From Raja brachyura (Eukaryota): DNA of 64,000 nucleotides. Of the stretch, positions 59,577 to 64,000 are shown piece after piece. Where the stretch lies: positions 15,562,001 to 15,626,000 of the forward strand of contig OY740792.1 of NCBI GenBank assembly GCA_963514005.1, in the 5' to 3' direction. Position 1 is the stretch's first letter, and every line of letters begins with the position of its first letter. The notes beneath the pieces are model-generated. The model did no database searches and was not told the origin of the DNA. It was given only the letters and a program-made list of their open reading frames with translations. A program made the translations under genes and the position numbers.

Positions 59577-62246
59577 CTGAAATAGTAAAGAAAACTTGTA
59601 ATGTACAAATTAAATCTGTGAATATTTCCATAGTTGAAATCTTACATCACAATTGGGACCAAATGTTATCAATTAATTTATTGTGACGTGTTAACTTTTT
59701 ATTTATATACATAATGCAACATATATTGTGATTATTAAAGTGAGATCTGTTGAACTCTTCACTGTCCACAAAAGTGGCAAGATGTATTACTCATTTACAA
59801 GCCTTAGATGTGATTGCTAGCAAATAATCAATTACAGGGAGCAATTCTGTCCTCACTCTAACCTATATATTCTCATATTTCAGGTAATGTTACTAAGTAT
59901 GGAATAGCATAGTTATTAAATGAATTGGAAGAACTCAAAATAATGCAGTTACTTCCAAATGTTACAGAAATTTCAAATCCTTCCAAGACTGTGATATTAA
60001 ATGTCTTTACTCATGAAAGATAGCTCTGAACAGCATTCACCGTCTTGCCATATGGCCCAATGATAAGCATAATTGTATGCCTGTGCCATTATGATAGACA
60101 CCAAAAAGGAAATACCTTAGTAATATGGCAAGATCATGAAAAGCACTGTATGGATTCCCAACGCAAAAAAAGTTGGTCAACAAATAGTGAAAGTACCACC
60201 AACATGCAATTGGCAAGTGAAATGGAAATGCAGGGTCATGAGCAGCAGGTACCCTCATGTATGTTGACCCAGTGTACACTAAATTGTGCTGATGCAACTA
60301 CCACAGTTTCATGCAAACTGGAATAAAAAACAAAGTGCTGGAAATACTCAGCAGCCCAGTCAGGATTAGACAGAGAGAAAAATGGAGTTGACATTCTAGA
60401 TAGTAAGTTTGTTTTTATTTCAGATTTCCAGCATCTGCAGTTATTATATTCAATTAATGTAAACTGGCCCTGATTTATTGCCATCCTAGAAAATAATCCA
60501 TAAAATAATCCATGATCGTGAGAAAATTATTTTTTTAAAAGTGATTTTGGATTAAATCATAATTAACAACCAACTATCTGTTCTCTAATTCAGGAGCTCT
60601 TGGAAATCAGTACCAAGGAAGGTTCATTGTAATCTCAGTGTTACTCTTAGAAAAAATGTGATGAAATTGTAATTTCAGCAGAACTAGTACAAAGTACAGA
60701 TATTCCTCCACTAGCAAACATTTGATTCACTATTTTGCGCTACAGCACCATCGTTTCTTGCGTGCACACTTCCCCAATTTACGAACCCATTTCCCACTCT
60801 ACACATAATGCATTGCAATCCACCAATGCAAGTCATCCAAATATTGCAATTCACAACATTTTGTTAAATGAAACATTTCCTTGGACAGAAAAACCCTTTT
60901 GTAAATCAAAGAATACTCACGTAGATTTATTTTAAAAAAGGGGGCTTGAAATCGATTAATTATTTGAATTATCATGACAATGCTGGATTAAACCCGACTT
61001 ATCTTTCCAAGGATCAGAACAGGGACTACAGGATGAACTGCTTTTCTCGGCAATGTAAAGTTACAATGATTTTATGTAAAGATTATTAATAGATTTAACT
61101 GCAGCCTACATCTGCTTGAATGAACAGATTTTGGGAGCTGTCTAAAACCCTCTCCACCCAGTCTGCCACCCCTAATCCACCTACAAATCTCTCTTTTGCC
61201 TTCTGATTTGATTTAATATGGAATAGTTTAAAACCAAGTCAACTGTAATTATTATACATAATTAAAGAAAACTGGATCTCCCTTTTGCCGGCCATTTTAA
61301 CATTAGAAATAAACAATGATTTCTCTAATTTCAGATAACCCACACCAGGCCCTTTTCGCTTTCCTCCCAATTCTACCTCATCCTCTCCCACACCCTTTTG
61401 TTTCCACCTTGTCTCCCAGCCCCTATCACCCTCTCTGCTGCCTCACCCGCTTCGTTACTCCAGCTTTTTTGTCTACCCTATCACCCTGTTCCTTCCATCC
61501 CACTCACACAAGCAACCCCCACTGGATCCTGTTCTGCCTTATTGCTTACTCCTTCCTTACTCTGTTGTAGTCATCTAACACTACCCCTCGTTCACTTTCA
61601 ATCTTTACCTTCATTTCTTTATCAGAATGAAGAATCTGCAACCTTTTGTACTCCACTTACCACCTCCCAGCCTCTGTTGCCATCTCCCCAACCTGGCTGT
61701 TATCTGCCAATCAACCCTTTACCTGTATCCACCTATTGCTTGCTAGCTCTTGCCCTCTCCCTCTCCCCCCCCCCCCCCCTCCACTCCCTCTCTGAGTTTC
61801 TCCAACTACTCTCCTTTTTTAGCTGCAGATTCTGGAACCTGCAATCTCCTACAGCTTTGTTGGATAAACACTGGCAAGATTGAACATGCTTCCATGTTAT
61901 TTTGGAACATTATACTACTTCTTTCATAAAGCTATCCTGTTATAGTTGAAATTGTTATTTCAGTATCCCTCCTTTCCTTTAAGTCTTTCCTGAAACCTAC
62001 CTCACTGGTCAAGCATTTAGTCACATCCCAATAGGTCCTCCATTTGCTCACTGCCAACATTTGTCTCATTATGTTCCGGTGAAGAGCCTTGGAATGTTTT
62101 CCTATGTTGAAGGCACAACATGAACGTCGCTAATTATAAGACTGATGCGTAACACCAAAAATGCATTCTTTCAACAAGACGTGAAAGAACAGCTTTGCTG
62201 AATAAAATACATGACAATTAATTCCACTGCCAAAAATAAATGCTTA

Positions 62247-62590
62247 AGGGCCTGTCCCACTTTCCCGAGTTATTCACGAATTCGCCTGAGTTTTCAAACT
62301 CGCAGAATGTTTGTAACGAGTCCGTAGGAGTCCGTGAAATTATCGTAGCAGCTCATTATGCCAGCCGTAGGTACTCGGGGCTATTTTTTTACTCGTGGAC
62401 ATTTTTCATCAAGGGAAAAAACGTCCCGACTTACCTGATGCCCTGAGTACCTACGGCTGGCATAACGGGTCGCCACGATATATCCACGGACTCCTACGAA
62501 CTCGTTACGAACATTCTGCGAGTTTGAAAACTCGGGAGAATTTGTGAATAACTCAGGAGGATTATAACTCGGGAAAGTGGGACAGGCCCT
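62247..62590. mobile_element. PIF/Harbinger-type MITE, 344 bp, largely palindromic, TTA TSD
   Basis: TIR AGGGCCTGTCCCACTTTCCCGAGTTAT / ATAACTCGGGAAAGTGGGACAGGCCCT; inverted arms about 130 bp; TTA at 62244-62246 and 62591-62593. Confidence 0.9.
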
Positions 62591-64000
62591 TTACTAAGAC
62601 CAGGTACAGTGAACCAAAAACCTATTACTTTACTGCATGCTATCATGAAAAAAAAGAACAGATTGCTTCATTAAATTTTCTTATAATATGGGATGATACT
62701 TACACTATTAAATGAGCAATTCAGACATGGTCAGCAATGAAACCTCAAGTACTCATTACATTTTCATGAAATCGCATGAACCAAATGTGCTGTCCTAATA
62801 TTTCACGTCCTCTACTGAACTCGTGACAACACTGCATCATCCTGTCACCCAATGTATCAAGTTACTACAATCATGATCTGTAAGCTCTATCTATTAATTC
62901 GGCTAGCTGTAACTCACAATGCATATTACAATCACACATTCACGTTGAAATTCTAGGCAAATTCGAACAATGATGAAAGTTTTAATTATAGGCAAAGGTT
63001 TCCTGAACTTATTTTCCATTTGTATTCTCTTCATAATGTACACTTTATCCAACACAATGAGTTGCTTCCAATGTATTTGTATAGAAGAGGAAAAATATTA
63101 AAACAACTTTAACTACTGGGGATTATTAATACATAATCCCAAACAGTTCAAAGTGCCATTGCCAACAGTGGGAAACTTGGAATCACCCACATCAAGTGTA
63201 ATATAGCTTGAATTAAATTAGCTTGGATTTTATGCTAAAACTAACAATTAAACCTAGTATTCACTGTATTATGGACCACTATTTTACAGTAATTACTTTT
63301 TATTTCTTGGAAAGTCTGTCTTTAAAAAGAAAAGGTGTCATTTATGTTTTGTGTTTGAGTTATGTGTTTGTGTATATGACCTGGCGTTCAACAACTTTTG
63401 TTACAAGAAACACTTCATTACTGGATACAGCTTCAAAATGTATGACAGGTGTAACTTGCCCATAAGTTACATGATAATCACATTAATACAATATTCCAAG
63501 TCTCAACTACATCTAAACACTCAGGTACAGGCAGTCCCTGGGTTATTCAAGGTTCTGTTCCTGAGAACAGACCATAAAAACTCATTTTCTCCAGGTCAGA
63601 ATCATCAATTTTCTATATCAAATGACTCTGAATACACTTCCTAGAATTATTTCATTTCATTCTATAATGATTCTAACACTTAACACAACACAATATTCCT
63701 TAAACTATATCCCTTAATTCCATATTCATGAACACTACAAAACATTTAATCAATATTTTTATTAAAAGTTATGGAAGAATAGATAGATAAAGTTGATATT
63801 CCATAAATCAGGTCTTCAGTAACCCATGGAGCACCTGTACTGGAAAAAGCCTTTAAATGTATATAGCCTAATTTCTTCACTTTTATTTCTAATCATTTAA
63901 TTTAAAAAATTAACATTAATCTTAATCCCATCTTTCCTGCCTTTTAATTTTTATAGATAAGATTTTATATTGACTTAATAACTTGCACTTTAGTGATTGC

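Noticed and set aside
59577-64000. SON exon 1 or promoter
   Set aside because: No MATNIEQIFRSF-like coding sequence or CpG island found; exon 1 probably lies beyond the window.

Overview
Eukaryotic, AT-rich, repeat-rich genomic DNA, most likely from a cartilaginous fish (probably a skate or ray, inferred from the CR1, HE1-like SINE and Penelope repeat landscape). The window holds two convergent, intron-rich genes. DONSON is on the + strand (end of exon 1 through exon 10, stop at 14116-14118). SON is on the - strand (exons 2-12, 59576 down to the stop at 16763-16765; exon 1 is not found in the window). All exons were placed by manual translation and splice-phase continuity; gene identity rests on remembered similarity to vertebrate orthologues, not on a database search. 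Notable points: (1) a dozen or more Penelope-like element terminal repeats carry a minimal hammerhead ribozyme motif (CUGAAGA-A-stem II-GAAAC-GUH), several intact, including tiny non-coding fold-back insertions with 13-14 bp target-site duplications; (2) DONSON intron 7 is a U12 minor-spliceosome intron; (3) SON exon 3 is only 1305 nt and lacks the large central repeat region of mammalian SON, giving a protein of about 0.9k aa; (4) SON intron 7 has a ~337 bp inverted duplication and a near-full-length defective CR1 LINE; (5) the zone between the two stop codons has a ~30 bp hairpin and an exact 22-nt repeat. There is one assembly gap (6384-6655). No prokaryotic-type systems (CRISPR, operons), tRNA or rRNA genes were found.
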